Source: the human T2T-CHM13v2.0 reference genome, Homo sapiens
NCBI RefSeq assembly: GCF_009914755.1
Contig: NC_060925.1
DNA length: 64,000 bases
Direction: 5' to 3' (one strand)
Below are positions 1 through 12,930 of the stretch, piece by piece. A program made the translations under genes and the position numbers. The notes beneath the pieces were generated by a model. The model saw only the letters and a list, made by a program, of their open reading frames with translations, had not been told where the DNA came from and made no database searches. Every line of letters begins with the position of its first letter. Position 1 is the first letter of the stretch.

Positions 1-62
1 ACATTCTAGACTGGTAATAGACATTCCATGAACCAGGTGCTATAAATAACACTGAGCTAAAG

Positions 63-285
63 CAGGTATCAGGAAACTAAGACCTGTGGACCAAATCTGA
101 CCAACCACCTGTGTTTGTAAATAAAGTTTTATTGGAACACAGTCATGCCCATTTGTTTACTTATTGTCTACAGCTACTTCCCACCACAGAAGCAGAGTTA
201 AGTGCTAGCAGCAGAAACCACCTGGTCCACAAAGCCTAAAATATTTAATATCTGGCCTTTTACAGAAAATATTTGCTGATCCCCA
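63..285 (+). mobile_element. MER58A-like hAT-Charlie non-autonomous DNA transposon
   Basis: Starts CAGG and ends ...GCTGATCCCC; contains the characteristic core GTAAATAAAGTTTTATTGGAACACAG and CCACAAAGCCTAAAATATTTA. Confidence 0.85.
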
Positions 286-1095
286 AGCTCAAGGACAAGT
301 ATTTTCTTGCAAGCTTTTGAAAAGGAAAGTTGAAAATCAGAACTAATCATCAAAACAGACACATGAATAATAAAATACCTTCAAATATGAATGTTAAGAT
401 ATATAATATTTATTGTGTGACCTTCTGGGAGAAATGGCTTCGTCTTTGTGGATCCCAAAGATATAAGCCATTATCCAATTTGAGAAGAAACATTTATTCT
501 AACCAGACTCACTAACTTGGATAACAAGAGGAATTAAATATTTCTAGAGAAATCATATTGGTTGTTCAGGTTTGAAGCTGAGCAGTATTCAATGTGAAAT
601 GTAACAGACGTAGAGAATTTTTTTATTCCCTTTTCTCAGGGTATGAATGAGTTCTGCATCTGGGAGGTATTTCTGTTCCTTCTTAGAAAGGCAGAGCATC
701 TTCCAAAACTAGCCATGAGGGACCTTCAAAAAAATGTTATAACAAAGTTATATCCTGGATATATAAAATTGTATTTCAGAAAAGGTAAATTGACAAAACA
801 TAAATGAAAATGAACACATCAGAAAGACCTTTTCCCATTTAATTTGAAATATGTATTTGAATTATAAGACATTTTTATTTCTCTCAACCCATACTAGAAT
901 ATGTTATTATTTTCTCTCTATTCTACACCTTAAGGAGGCTGTCATGAGAAAATTTTATTTAATTTGAAGAAGCAATGACTTATGTACATAAGTATCTATG
1001 TGTATATACATATGTAGGTAGGGAGATATGAAGGAAAAGAAAAATCTTCACATCTTGATTAGTCAAGTGGAGAGGAAATTTTAATATTATTTATG

Positions 1096-1442
<347 letters not shown>

Positions 1443-3267
1443 TTAAATGTTCTAATTAATTTGATTATATTTATATATGTGGCTTTAAAAATATATAAGC
1501 TGGTAAAAAACCACTAGTTATTGTTATAAAATGAAAATACAGAGACAAGCTAATGAGGTTTTCTTTCAAATCACCAGAGAAGCATTCAGAGGCTGGTATG
1601 ACTCAGTGATCGTTAATTAAAAAGAAAAATGCTCTAGTTTGTTTTCCAGCTTATGTTCTAATATTAAGGTGATAAGTCTATCACAAGGAAATATCATTTT
1701 GCACTCATACAACATGGGTCAAAGGACAATGCGTGATGCTTCACCAGGGAGCTGCAGGTAAAGCAGATATCGCCACATGCACTGCTTCACCTTTGTCCAC
1801 ACTCTTCCCAGATGGTTGGACAAGAACATATAATAAATATAAACAAGGCAAGTCTTGCTGAGGAAGTTTTGCAAAAAAGTCAGCCTGAAGCCTGAGGCAT
1901 CTGGAAGATGGAGGCTATGTATTAACACAGAAAGGATCCATTATATATTCTGGCATGAAAAATAGTAATAATTTGCAAAATAGTGAGTTAGCATGAGTGT
2001 ATTTTAAACATCTGCACACACACACATACACACCTGGAAAGACATATTCATGGAAATAAAAGTGGACCAATGGACATTTTCACTATTATTAAACTTTTTT
2101 TGATTTTTGCAAAACTACTTCTGTACTTAAAATAAAATAATTAAAATCACCAGGAGGAAGGCTTAAAATCATATGTTGCCTTTAGATAAAAAGAGGGACA
2201 TGTCTGACAATTTTTAATATGCCCTGACCTTTGAAACCTGGTCTTGGTCTCCAGCAATGTATTTCATCTAATTATCAAGCAGAGCACTGGGGACTGGAAA
2301 GACAGAAAACATATTGGTCTAGATGTAAGCAGTAATTAGCTGATTACTTAATTTTACTTAGAATCAGTTTTCTTATCAGATTATTCATCCTGATAGCATG
2401 GTACTGAGGGAGAATTAATTACATTTTAGGTGTCAAGAATTCTTAAGAGAATGAAGAAAATCAATATTTAAAATATGTATGCAAGCAAATATATAAACAT
2501 CATCTTCAGTTTTCATTTTCATCAGTGGTTCTGTCCCTGAGTACGCATAGGTGGTTTCACAGATTTATTTGTAAACAAGATAGTTGTTGGTTCTCATTTA
2601 AAACAGAAGGAGAAACCCAGGCAGCCAGGAATGACCTAGCCCTAGCTTGTCCCAAGAAAAACCTCTGGCACGGGAATGGAGAGAGAATTTGACCTTCAAT
2701 CTGCTGGAAGTGATGCAAAGTCTCAGCATGGCTAAGAACTCTACTGAGTTCCTTAGATTGATTACTGATAATTAGGCATTATTTAGAAATGGAATACATA
2801 TGACACTTGTAAACTGGTTGGTAGAAACAGTGGTTAAGCCACATGCATAAGTACCTGAGAACTTAATGAACATAGACCCTGGACATGAAGGACAGTGCTA
2901 GGTTACACTGTGCATCACAGATGCTGGCCATATGTAAAGCTGAGCTCACGACCCTGAAAGGAGCTTGCCTTAACTAGACTCATTATATTTTCTACATAAA
3001 TATGACTTTTCCCATTAAATACAATGAATATGTAATTGAATCCTCTTCACTCACCAGTGAAGCATAACTGAGAAATTAAGACGTTGTGGGAAATTTTTTA
3101 AGTTAAATTAAGAGAAGTTGCCTGACTTCAAGGAGCTTACAGTACAGAAAGAACCATGGCATAACAAGAACAATGTTTAAAATGTATAATAGAATTGAAT
3201 AAGCCCCAAAGACTAGACTGGTACAAGTGCGGAATTACAGGGATTCAGAAGAAAGGAGAGGCAGCCA

Positions 3268-3525
3268 TTGTACAGTGGACTATGCGCTGGAGTTAGAATT
3301 AGAAGGTTGGCATTACAGTCCTGTCACTAAAAATTAAAAGTGTGGCTTTAGGTAAATGATTGAAACCAGGGTTCCCCCACAAAACCAGTCCCTGCTGCCA
3401 AAAAGGTTGGAGACCACTGATTTAAATTATCCAACCTCAGTTTGCTTGTCTGCAAACTAATAGCTATTTCAAGGGGTTGTTTTGAGGATTATGGGTTATA
3501 TTTGTAAAATGTTCATAAACAGATG
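3268..3525 (+). mobile_element. MIR SINE interrupted by a mini MER1 element
   Basis: MIR-core-like CCTCAGTTTGCTTGTCTGCAAA and GGGTTGTTTTGAGGATTA. Confidence 0.6.
3367..3419 (+). mobile_element. Internally deleted MER1-like hAT element (53 bp)
   Basis: CAGGGTTCCCC left end fused to the MER1 right end AAACCAGTCCCTGCTGCCAAAAAGGTTGGAGACCACTG; imperfect 8-bp flanks ATTGAAAC/ATTTAAAT. Confidence 0.75.
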
Positions 3526-4004
3526 AGAAATTTACAGATATAAAAGCATTATCAAAGACTAGAAAATCCAAGAAATCTTTCATTAGAAAAGACAGCACTT
3601 GAGCTGCTTGGCAGGGCAGGGGCAATAGCGAGTAAGAAAAGAATCGAATTCTACAGGAGGGAAGAATAAGAATGAGATACGTAGAAGACAAATCGCCAGG
3701 AATGTTTGGAGAATAAATTTTCCCATTTGCTCACTAACAAAACATGTGAGGTAGAGAGTTAAATACGAGGCTGGAAGGTTAGGAAATTAAGGTAGCAGCG
3801 ATGAATGCCAAACCAAGGAGTTGGGATGTTATTAGGTAGACTATAAGAAAACACTGAAAGTTTTAGAAAGGTTATTGATTGCATGGTCAGAGATATGTTA
3901 GTGTAACACTAAAATGTCTGTGGAATAGAGGAGTGGGGAAGATGTGAAGATGGCATGATCTCTTAATAAATTATTGAAACAGTTCAGGTAAGAAAAACTG
4001 ATTA

Positions 4005-4560
4005 AAATAAAATGCACACAACCTTTACTCTAGAAATTCCATTTCTAGGATCTACTATACACAAATATGGATATATTTACATGAAAATATATGTAAAGAG
4101 AAATCGTGTAACTGTTTTAAAACAGTGATTTTGTTTAAAAAAATAAAAACTACCTGTTGTAATGAAATGTTAAGTAAGTTATGGTGCATCCATACTATGC
4201 AGTGTTATCCCATAATTAAAAGACAGAATTAAGCTGATGTGAGGTGACATGGAATATCTGGAATATTTCTAAGACACGAAATATTTCTAAATATTTTGGT
4301 GTTAAATGGAAAGTCAATGATCAAGACATAAAGAAAAATCTCATAAAATGTTTTAAGTATATATTTTTGTATGTATACATGAATAAATAAAATTAGAAAT
4401 GGGAGGTACATACCAGAATATCAGTAGAGGTAAACTCTGGGAAAGGTGTAAGTACAGAGAAGGATACGAGTAGCATTTTCCCTTTTTTTTTTTTCCGCAT
4501 TTATTCATGTCAGTCAACACTGATCTACATAAAGGAAATAAAACTTTACATAATAAAGTC
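4005..4560 (+). mobile_element. Ancient L1 (L1ME/L1MC-like) 3' fragment
   Basis: CTAGAAATTCCATTTCTAGGA and GTTATGGTGCATCCATAC resemble the ORF2 end and 3'UTR of old L1s. Confidence 0.55.
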
Positions 4561-4690
4561 AAGATAACTGTCTTCATGTTGCTTCCATTCTGGTAATGAG
4601 AAACAAATAAAAAGTAATATGTAGATAAATAAAATATTTATGGATATAAGTATTATGCAGAGAATTAAAACAGAGTGATAATTTACTGAT
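4560..4690 (-). mobile_element. L2 fragment, left part of the L2 hosting the nested stack
   Basis: L2-like ...ATAAGTATTATGCAGAGAATTAAAACAGAG; appears to continue colinearly at about 16500. Confidence 0.45.
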
Positions 4691-4714
4691 ATTTTACTGA
4701 AGGAATAATTTACT

Positions 4715-4868
4715 GATATTTTAGTTTTCTGTTGCCACAAATATAGTGGCTCAAAACAACACAAACCTCTTATTTCACAGTTTCCACGGATTAGAAGTTC
4801 AATGACCATATTTTCTGGATCCTCCACCTAGGTCTCACAAGGCTGCAATCAAGGTGTTGGTGGAGGTG
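4715..4868 (-). mobile_element. MLT1 (E/F-like) MaLR LTR, part 1
   Basis: AGTGGCTCAAAACAACACAAA...GGTCTCACAAGGCTGCAATCAAGGTGTTGG. Confidence 0.75.
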
Positions 4869-4869
4869 A

Positions 4870-4921
4870 TTTTTTAAACCCTATTTGTATTGAGTTACAA
4901 TAGACAAACGTAAGTTGAATA
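4870..4921 (-). mobile_element. Extreme 3' end of L1MA8/9-like element, separated from its body at 14920
   Basis: T-tract then TATTGAGTTACAATAGACAAA..AAGTTGAATAT; the text resumes as AAGATTTGTATATATTTAAGGTGTAC at about 14924. Confidence 0.55.
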
Positions 4922-6841
4922 TGAGAAGGCACTTCAAGATGGCTGACTAGAGGCATTCAGGACCTGCCTCCTCTACAAAGAACCACAATAGTAAATAAAT
5001 ACTCACACATTGAATAAAGCATCTAAGAGATCACTGGGAATTTAATGAAAAAATGACAGGAAATACCTGAGGCACAAAAGGAGAGAGAAGCAAGGCAGTC
5101 AGCTCAGCTGGGATGGGCTGGGAACCCAGAGAGTTTCTCCAGCATGGAGAAAGGCTAGGTAAGTAATCCCCAGTGGTCCACATTCCCACCATGGACTACT
5201 GCCCTCAACCGTTGTGGGTCATGAGGCTACTATAAGGAGCTTCCTGGAGACCGCACAATAACATTCCTCCAGGAAAGGAGTTCAAACTGGGTCCCATACA
5301 CACCCCAAGTCCTAAGCAGCTGCAGCACAGTGCCAATTTGAGAACCCGGCCCCCACCAGACTGCATCCTGCCCCAGAGCCCAATAGCCTCTGAATCTCTA
5401 TGCCCCTGAAGCCCCACTGACATCCAGTCATATATACCTGGAGGATTGTAGTGGAGCAAGGCCTATTGGACCCAGCAGAGCAATGGGGTCCCCAGCACTT
5501 TAACACACACAGAGAATAGATAGCGCGGCAAACCATGAGGCTGCCCCCAGAATGAATGGAGTCAAAATATGTGCTCCCCAGAGCTTGAAACCTGCCTGCC
5601 TGTGGCCACTGCCACTGACAGCAACCCATCTTCACCAACAGGAGGGCTGAAGTGCACTTGCACTCACCCTTAGGACAGGCTCTCCATGCCCACAGTCACT
5701 GATGCTGCTGCTGGGAGCTAAAGTGCATGCTCCCCAAAGTATGATACTGCCACTACTACCTGTCGCTACTGCCACTAACATGAATGCTGTCAACCCCCCA
5801 GCAGCAGGACCACAATACACTTGCATGTGTCCTGAGGATGGGCTCTCCCTGATCACACGCTGATGCTACTGCCACCTGAACACTCTACCAGGACATTTGA
5901 GAATCACCTCACTCTACCAAACACAGCCTGCACTTGTATGCACCAATGGGGATCCTGAAGACAGGTCTGCCACTTCTGGCACCAACATCCTCAGTGCCTG
6001 AGCACACCACCCAGGGGCCTGGGGATTAACCTGCCCTGTCCACCACTATTGGCATCTGTGCACTCCTCCCGGGTACCTAGGGATGGACCCACCTTGATGA
6101 CCACTATTATCACAGCCAGTACTCACATCCATGCACCACTAGGGACTGGCCTACCCAGACTGTTGCAGCCAATGTTAACGTAAGCATGTGCCATCTAGGA
6201 GCCAAAGGGTTTTCCCTCCACTGCTATGGCTATTGATCACATCTCACATACTGCCCAGGGGCCTGAAAACCTGACCATCTACTTGGCCTACCACTGCCAC
6301 TGACAGTTCCTAAGCAAGCTACCTGAAGGCCCAAGAATTGGCCAGCTTGGAATCATTAATACTGCTACATGCATATGCTGTGCAACAGCACAAAGACAGG
6401 AACACTCAGCCTGCCACTGCCACCACTGAGACCCAAAGACTGAACCACCTGGCATCCTTGTCCCAAGGAAAACCTCACCACAGCCTCCACTAACAACCAT
6501 AGCAAAATCCACTGAGAAAATAACAGATACCACTAATGCTGTTTGCAGCTGAAGAAATCATACAAAGACTACAATTCTGCACACAGACAGAATCAAAGCT
6601 AAAATGCTCTACCCAACCAATATCATAGATACATCTTCAGGAAAAACCTTCCCTTATGAAAGCCAATTCAAATAATAGGAAGAAGCAGTTGTTACACCAA
6701 ATGTGCAGGTATCAATAAAGGACACAAGAAACATAAAAAGGCAAAACACCTCTGAAGGAACACAATAATTCTCCAGCAACAGATTACAATGGAAAAGAAA
6801 TATTTAAAATGCCACAAAAAGAATTCAAGATAATGATATTA

Positions 6842-7271
<430 letters not shown>

Positions 7272-8516
7272 GAACCGTTACAGGAATTCTCAAATTAAAT
7301 AATTCAATAAATGAAATTTTTAAAAATTTATTTGACAGCTTCAACAATAGACTATATCAAGCAGAAGAAAGAATTAAAGAATAAAGAATAAAAAAGAAAA
7401 AACAAAGCATAAGTGACATATGGGACATGTTAAGAAACCAAATATTTGAATTTGGGGTGTTCCAAAATGTGAAGAGAAGCCCAAAGTTAAAAAATATTTT
7501 TAAAAACTAGCTGAAAACTTCCCAACTCTAGCAAAAGTTTTAGACATCCAGATACAGGAAGCTCATCAATTTCCAAATAAATGCAACCCAAAAAGGTCTT
7601 CTTCACAGCTACCCAAAAGATAGATACAGCCCAAAACATTATTCTCCACATAAAAGTAAACTGTAAAAACTCAGAAATGAGAGATAATTCTAAAAACTGC
7701 AAGAGAAAAGCATCTGGTCACTTATGATGGAAGTCTCATTAGACCAATGGCAGATGTCTCAGGAGAAATTTTACAGGCCACAAGAGAATGGATGATATAG
7801 TCAATGTGCTGAAAGACAAAAAACTGCCAGCCAAGAACACTACACCCAGAAAAGCTATCCTTCATACATGAAGGAGAAATAAAGTCTTTCCCAGACAAGC
7901 AAAAACTGAGGGAATTCATCACCTCTCAACCAGCCCTACAAGAAATATTTAAGGAAGTACTACACCTGAAAAGGAAAGGTAAATATCCACCATCCTGATA
8001 ACACACAAAAATATAAATCTCAGTGGTAGAACAAATACACAAATCAGGAAAAGACTCAAATGTCAATACTACAAAATGATCAAACCACAATGATTGTTCC
8101 ATTTTTTCTGTTATTGTCTATCGAAGGATTTTTTAAAAACAACAAGAAAACAATTAACAAAGTGACAAGAATAAGTTCTCACCTATCTATAATAACCTTG
8201 AATGTAAACTAATTAAATTTTCAACTTAAAAGATAGACTGGCTGAAAAGAGAAAAAAATACCAACCAATTATATGCTGCCTACACAAAACTTCCTTTACC
8301 TGTAAAGACACATACACAGAAATATAGAAGTATATGCAGAAACAGCTATATGTATATACAAAAGTAGCTATACCTAGATAAAACAGTTTTTAAGTCAAAC
8401 AGTAAAAAGTAACAAGGAATATCATTACATAATATTAAAGTGATCAATTCAGCAAGAAGATATAACAATTCTAAATATATACATTCAACACTGGTGCCCA
8501 CACAAAATATACAAAT

Positions 8517-8661
8517 ATATTTGTTACATATACATATATTAGTATATGTAAGTATACTAGTATATAGTATATAACATAAGTATATATTAGTAATATAAGT
8601 ATATATAAGTTATATATAAGTAATATAAGTATATATTAGTATATGTATATGTAACAAATAT
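8517..8661. repeat. AT-rich insertion bounded by a 22-bp perfect inverted repeat
   Basis: ATATTTGTTACATATACATATA (8517-8538) is the reverse complement of 8640-8661. Confidence 0.9.
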
Positions 8662-10562
8662 TAGAGCTAATGGGAGAAATAGGCTCTGATACAATAATAT
8701 TTGGGGACTTCAACACCCCAGTCTCAGAATTAGACAGCTCATCAAGATAGAAAATTAACAAAGAAATATTGGATTTAAATTGCACTTTAGGCCAAATGGG
8801 TCTAACAGACATCTATGGAACATTTTATCCAACATCTGTGGAATACACAATCATCTTATCAGCACATGGAATATTCTCCAGTGTAGACCATATGTTAGGC
8901 TACAAAATAAGACTCAACAAATTTTTAAAAATTAAAATCATACCAAGTATCTTCACAGACAAACATGGAATAAAACTGGAAATCAATAACAAGAGAAATT
9001 TTTTAACTGTCAAAATACATGGAAATTAAACAACATACTTCTAAATGACCATTTATCCAATGAAGAAATTAAGAAGAACATTTTTAAAACTATTGAAACA
9101 AATGAAAATGAAAACACAGCATACCAAAACCTATGGGATACAGCAAAAATGAAGCGGGAGTTTACAGCAATCAATGCCTCCATCCAAAAAGTAGAAAGAT
9201 TTCAAATTAACAATCTATTAATGCATCTCAAAGAACAAAAAAGCAATAGCAAACCAAACAAAAAATAATGGAAAGAAACAATAAAGATCAAAAGAGAATT
9301 AAATGAAATACGGACTTAAAAAATATGAAGATTTAACAAAACAAAAACTTGGTTTTTTTGAAAAGATAAAGTCAGAAAACCACTAGCTAGACTAGCCAAG
9401 AAAAAAGGAGAAAGGGCTCAAATAAATTCAGAGACTAAAAAGGAAATATTACAACTGACAACACAGAATTACAAAAGATTATCAGAGACTATTATGAACA
9501 ACTACATGCTAACAAACTTGAAAACCTAGAGGAAACGGATAAATAACTGGAAACATACAACTTATCAAGATTGAATCAGGGAAAAATAGAAAACCTGTTT
9601 AGACCAATAATGAGTAATGAGATTAAATCAGTAATAAAAAAGTCTTCCAACAAAGAAAAGCCCAGACTAGATGGCATCACTGATGAATTCTACCAAATAT
9701 GCAGTGAAGAACAAATGCCAATTATCCTCAAACTATTTCAAATTTGAAAGGAGAGAATTCTTCCTAACTCATTCTGCAGGTATAGCATTACTTTGATATC
9801 AAAACCATTCAAGTACATAACAAAAAAAAAAAAACTACAGAATGATACCTCAGATAAATACAGACACAAAATTACTCAACAAAATACTAGCAAACCAAAT
9901 TAAATACCACATCAAAAAGATAATAAATTCCACTTGATTTATTCTTAGAATTATTTATAATGTAATAATTATAAGATAATTATTTTTCTTAATTATCAAT
10001 TTATTATCAATAAATCCCTGACATTAATCCCACTTGATTCTACCATGATCAAGTGGGATTTATGCCAGGGATGCGAAGTTGATTCACTATATGCAAATCA
10101 ATAAACATGATACATTACATCAACAGAATGAAGGAAAATGATCCTATGGCCCTCTCAATAGATGCAGAAAAAACAACTGATAAAACCAAATATCCATTTT
10201 AGATAAAGACTCTCAATAAACTAGACACAGAAGGAAAATATCTCAACATAATAAAGTCTATCTATGACAAACCCTTTGCTAGTATACCAAATGGATAAAC
10301 TTAAAGGCCTTTTTTTACAAGATCTGGAACTAAACAGGGATGCCCATTTTCACCACTCCTGTTCAACATAGTACTGGAAGTCCTTGCCAGAGCAATCGGA
10401 TTAGAGAAATAATTAAAAGACATCCAAGTTGGAAAAGTCGAAGTCAAATTCTCCCTCTTTGCAGATGACATTATCTTTTAATTAGAAAAACCTAAACACT
10501 CAACAAAAAAGAAACCTCTTTAAGCTGATAAGCAAATTCAGGAAAGTTGTAGGATACAAAGT

Positions 10563-12930
10563 TGATATAGTTTGGCTCTGTGCCCCCACCCAAATCTCAT
10601 CTCAAATTGTAATCCTCATGTGTTAAGGGAGAGACCAGGTGGGAGGTGATTGAATTATGGGAGTGGTTTCCCCATGCTGTTCTTGTGATAGTAAGGGAGT
10701 TCTCACAAGATCTGGTTGTTCAATAAGTCTCTGGCCTTTCCCCTGCTTGCTCTCTCCCTCACCTGCCACCGTGTAAGTGAGATGTGCCTTGCTTCCCATT
10801 TCCCTTCCACCATGATTGTAAGTTTCCTGAATTCTCCCAAGCCAAGAGGAACTGTGAGCCAATTAAATGTCTTTCCTTTGTAAATTACCCAGTCTCAGGT
10901 AGTATTTTTGTAGCAGTGTATAAACAGACTAATATAGAGAATTGGTACTGAGGTAATGGGGCATTGCTATAAGATCTCATACATGAGAATGTGGAAGCAA
11001 CTTTGGAACTGGATAAACAGCAGAGGTTGGAACAGTTTGGAGGGCTCAGAAAAAGACAGGAAGACGTAGGTAAGTTTGAAACTTCCTAGAGACTTGTTTA
11101 ATGGTTTTGACAAAAATGCTGATTGCGATAGGGACAATGAAGTCTCTGCTGAGGTGGTCTCAGATAGAGATGAAGAACTTACTGGGAACTGGAGTAAAGG
11201 TCACTTATGCTATGCTTTAGCAAAGAGACTGGCAGCATTTTGTCCAAATCCTAGAGATCCGGGAAACTTTAAACTTGACAGAGATGATTTAGGGTATCTG
11301 GCAGAAGAAATTTCTAAGCAGCGAAGCATTCGAGAGGTAACTTGGCTTATTATGAAAGTGTTTAGTTATGTATGTTCACAAAGAGTTGTTTTGAAATTGG
11401 AACTTATATTTATAATGGAAGAAGAGCCATAACATTTGGTAAATTTGCAGCCTGACCATGTGATAGAAAAGAAAAACCTATTTTCTGAGGAGGAATTCAA
11501 GCCCGCTGCAGAAATTTGTGTAAGTACTGAGATGCTGAATATTAATAGCCAAGACAATGGGGAAAATCTCTCCAAGGCATGCCAGAGACTTACATGACAG
11601 CCCCTCCTATCAGAAGCCTAGAAGGAAAAAATGGTTTCATGGGCCAGGCCCAGGACCCAGCTGCCCTCTGCAGCTTCAGGACTTGGTGCTGTGTGTCCCA
11701 GCTGCTCCAGCTATAACTGTGGCTATAAAGGGCCAATGTACAGCTCAGGCCATTCCTGCAGAGGGTGTAAGTCCCAAGCCTTAGTGGCTTACACGTGGTG
11801 TTGGGCCTGCAGGTACACAGAGGACAAGAGCTGAGCTTTGGGAGCCTTTGCCTAGATTTCAAAGGATGTATGGAAACACCTGGATGTCCAGGCAGAAGTT
11901 TGTAGCATGGGCGGAGACCTCATGGAGAACCTCTGCTAGGACAGTATGGAAGGAAAGTGTGGGGTTGGAGCCCCCATACAGACTCCTCTCTGGGGCACTG
12001 TCTAGTGGAGCTTTGAAAGAGGATCACGGTCCTCCAGGCCTCAGAATGGTAAATTCACCAACAGCTTGCACCATGCCCCTGGAAAAGCCACAGGCACTCA
12101 ATGCCAGCCAGTGAAGGCAACTGCAGGGCTCTACCCCCAAGAGCCACAGAGCCAGAGCTGCCCAAGGCTGTGGGAGTCCACAACTTGCATCAGTGTGCTC
12201 TGAATGTGAGACATAGATTCAAAGGAGACCATTACAGAGCATTAAGATTTAATGACTGCCCTGCCAGGTTTTAGACTTGCATGGGGCCTGTGGCCCCTTT
12301 GTTTTGGGCAGTTTCTCCTATTTGGAATAGAAATATTTACCCAGTGCCTGTACCTCCATTGTATCTTGGAAGTAACTAACTTGCTTTTGATTTTACAGGT
12401 GCATAGGCAAAAGGGACTTGCCTTGTCTCAAATAAGACTTTGGACTTGGACTTTGAGTTAATGCCGGAATGGGTTAAGACTTTGGGGGACTGTTGAGAAG
12501 ACCTAATCGGTTTTGAAATGTGAAAAGGACATGAAATTTGGGAGGGGTTGGGGTGGAACGATATGTTTTGGCTCTGTGTCCCCACCCAATCTCATCCCTA
12601 ATTGTAATCCCCGTATGTTGAGGAAGGGACCTGGTGAGAGGTGATAGGATTATGTGGGTGGTTCCCCCATGCTTGTTTCATGATAGTGAAGGAGTTCTCA
12701 AGAGATCTGATTGTTTAATAAGTGTCTGGCCTTTCCCCTGCTTGCTTTCTCTATCACCTGTGACCATGTAAGATATGCCTTGCTTCCCATTCACCTCTGC
12801 CATGGTTGTAAGTTTCTCGAGGCCTTCTCAGCCATGCAAAACTGTTAGTCAATTAAATCTCTTTTCTTTATAAGTTAATTACCCAGTCTCAGGTAGTATT
12901 TTTATAGCAGTGTGAAAATAGACTAATACA
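10563..12930 (+). mobile_element. THE1D-like MaLR provirus: 5' LTR 10563-10936, internal region, 3' LTR 12559-12930
   Basis: Two homologous LTRs of about 370 bp (TGATATAGTTTGGCTCTGTG...GACTAATAYA); THE1-int text GAGAATTGGTAC...GAAGCAACTTTGGAACTGG; purine tract before the 3' LTR; exact 5-bp TSD AAAGT (10558-10562/12931-12935). Confidence 0.93.

Larger units (their letters stand above)
3090..3990 (-). mobile_element. Degraded L2 LINE fragments, interrupted by MIR/MER1
   Basis: L2-like text (TTCAAGGAGCTTACAG; GAATGCCAAACCAAGGAGTTGGGA); highly diverged. Confidence 0.5.

Noticed and set aside
11076-12461. Cluster of ORFs in the THE1 internal region
   Set aside because: These are frameshifted remnants of the MaLR internal ORF, not an intact gene.
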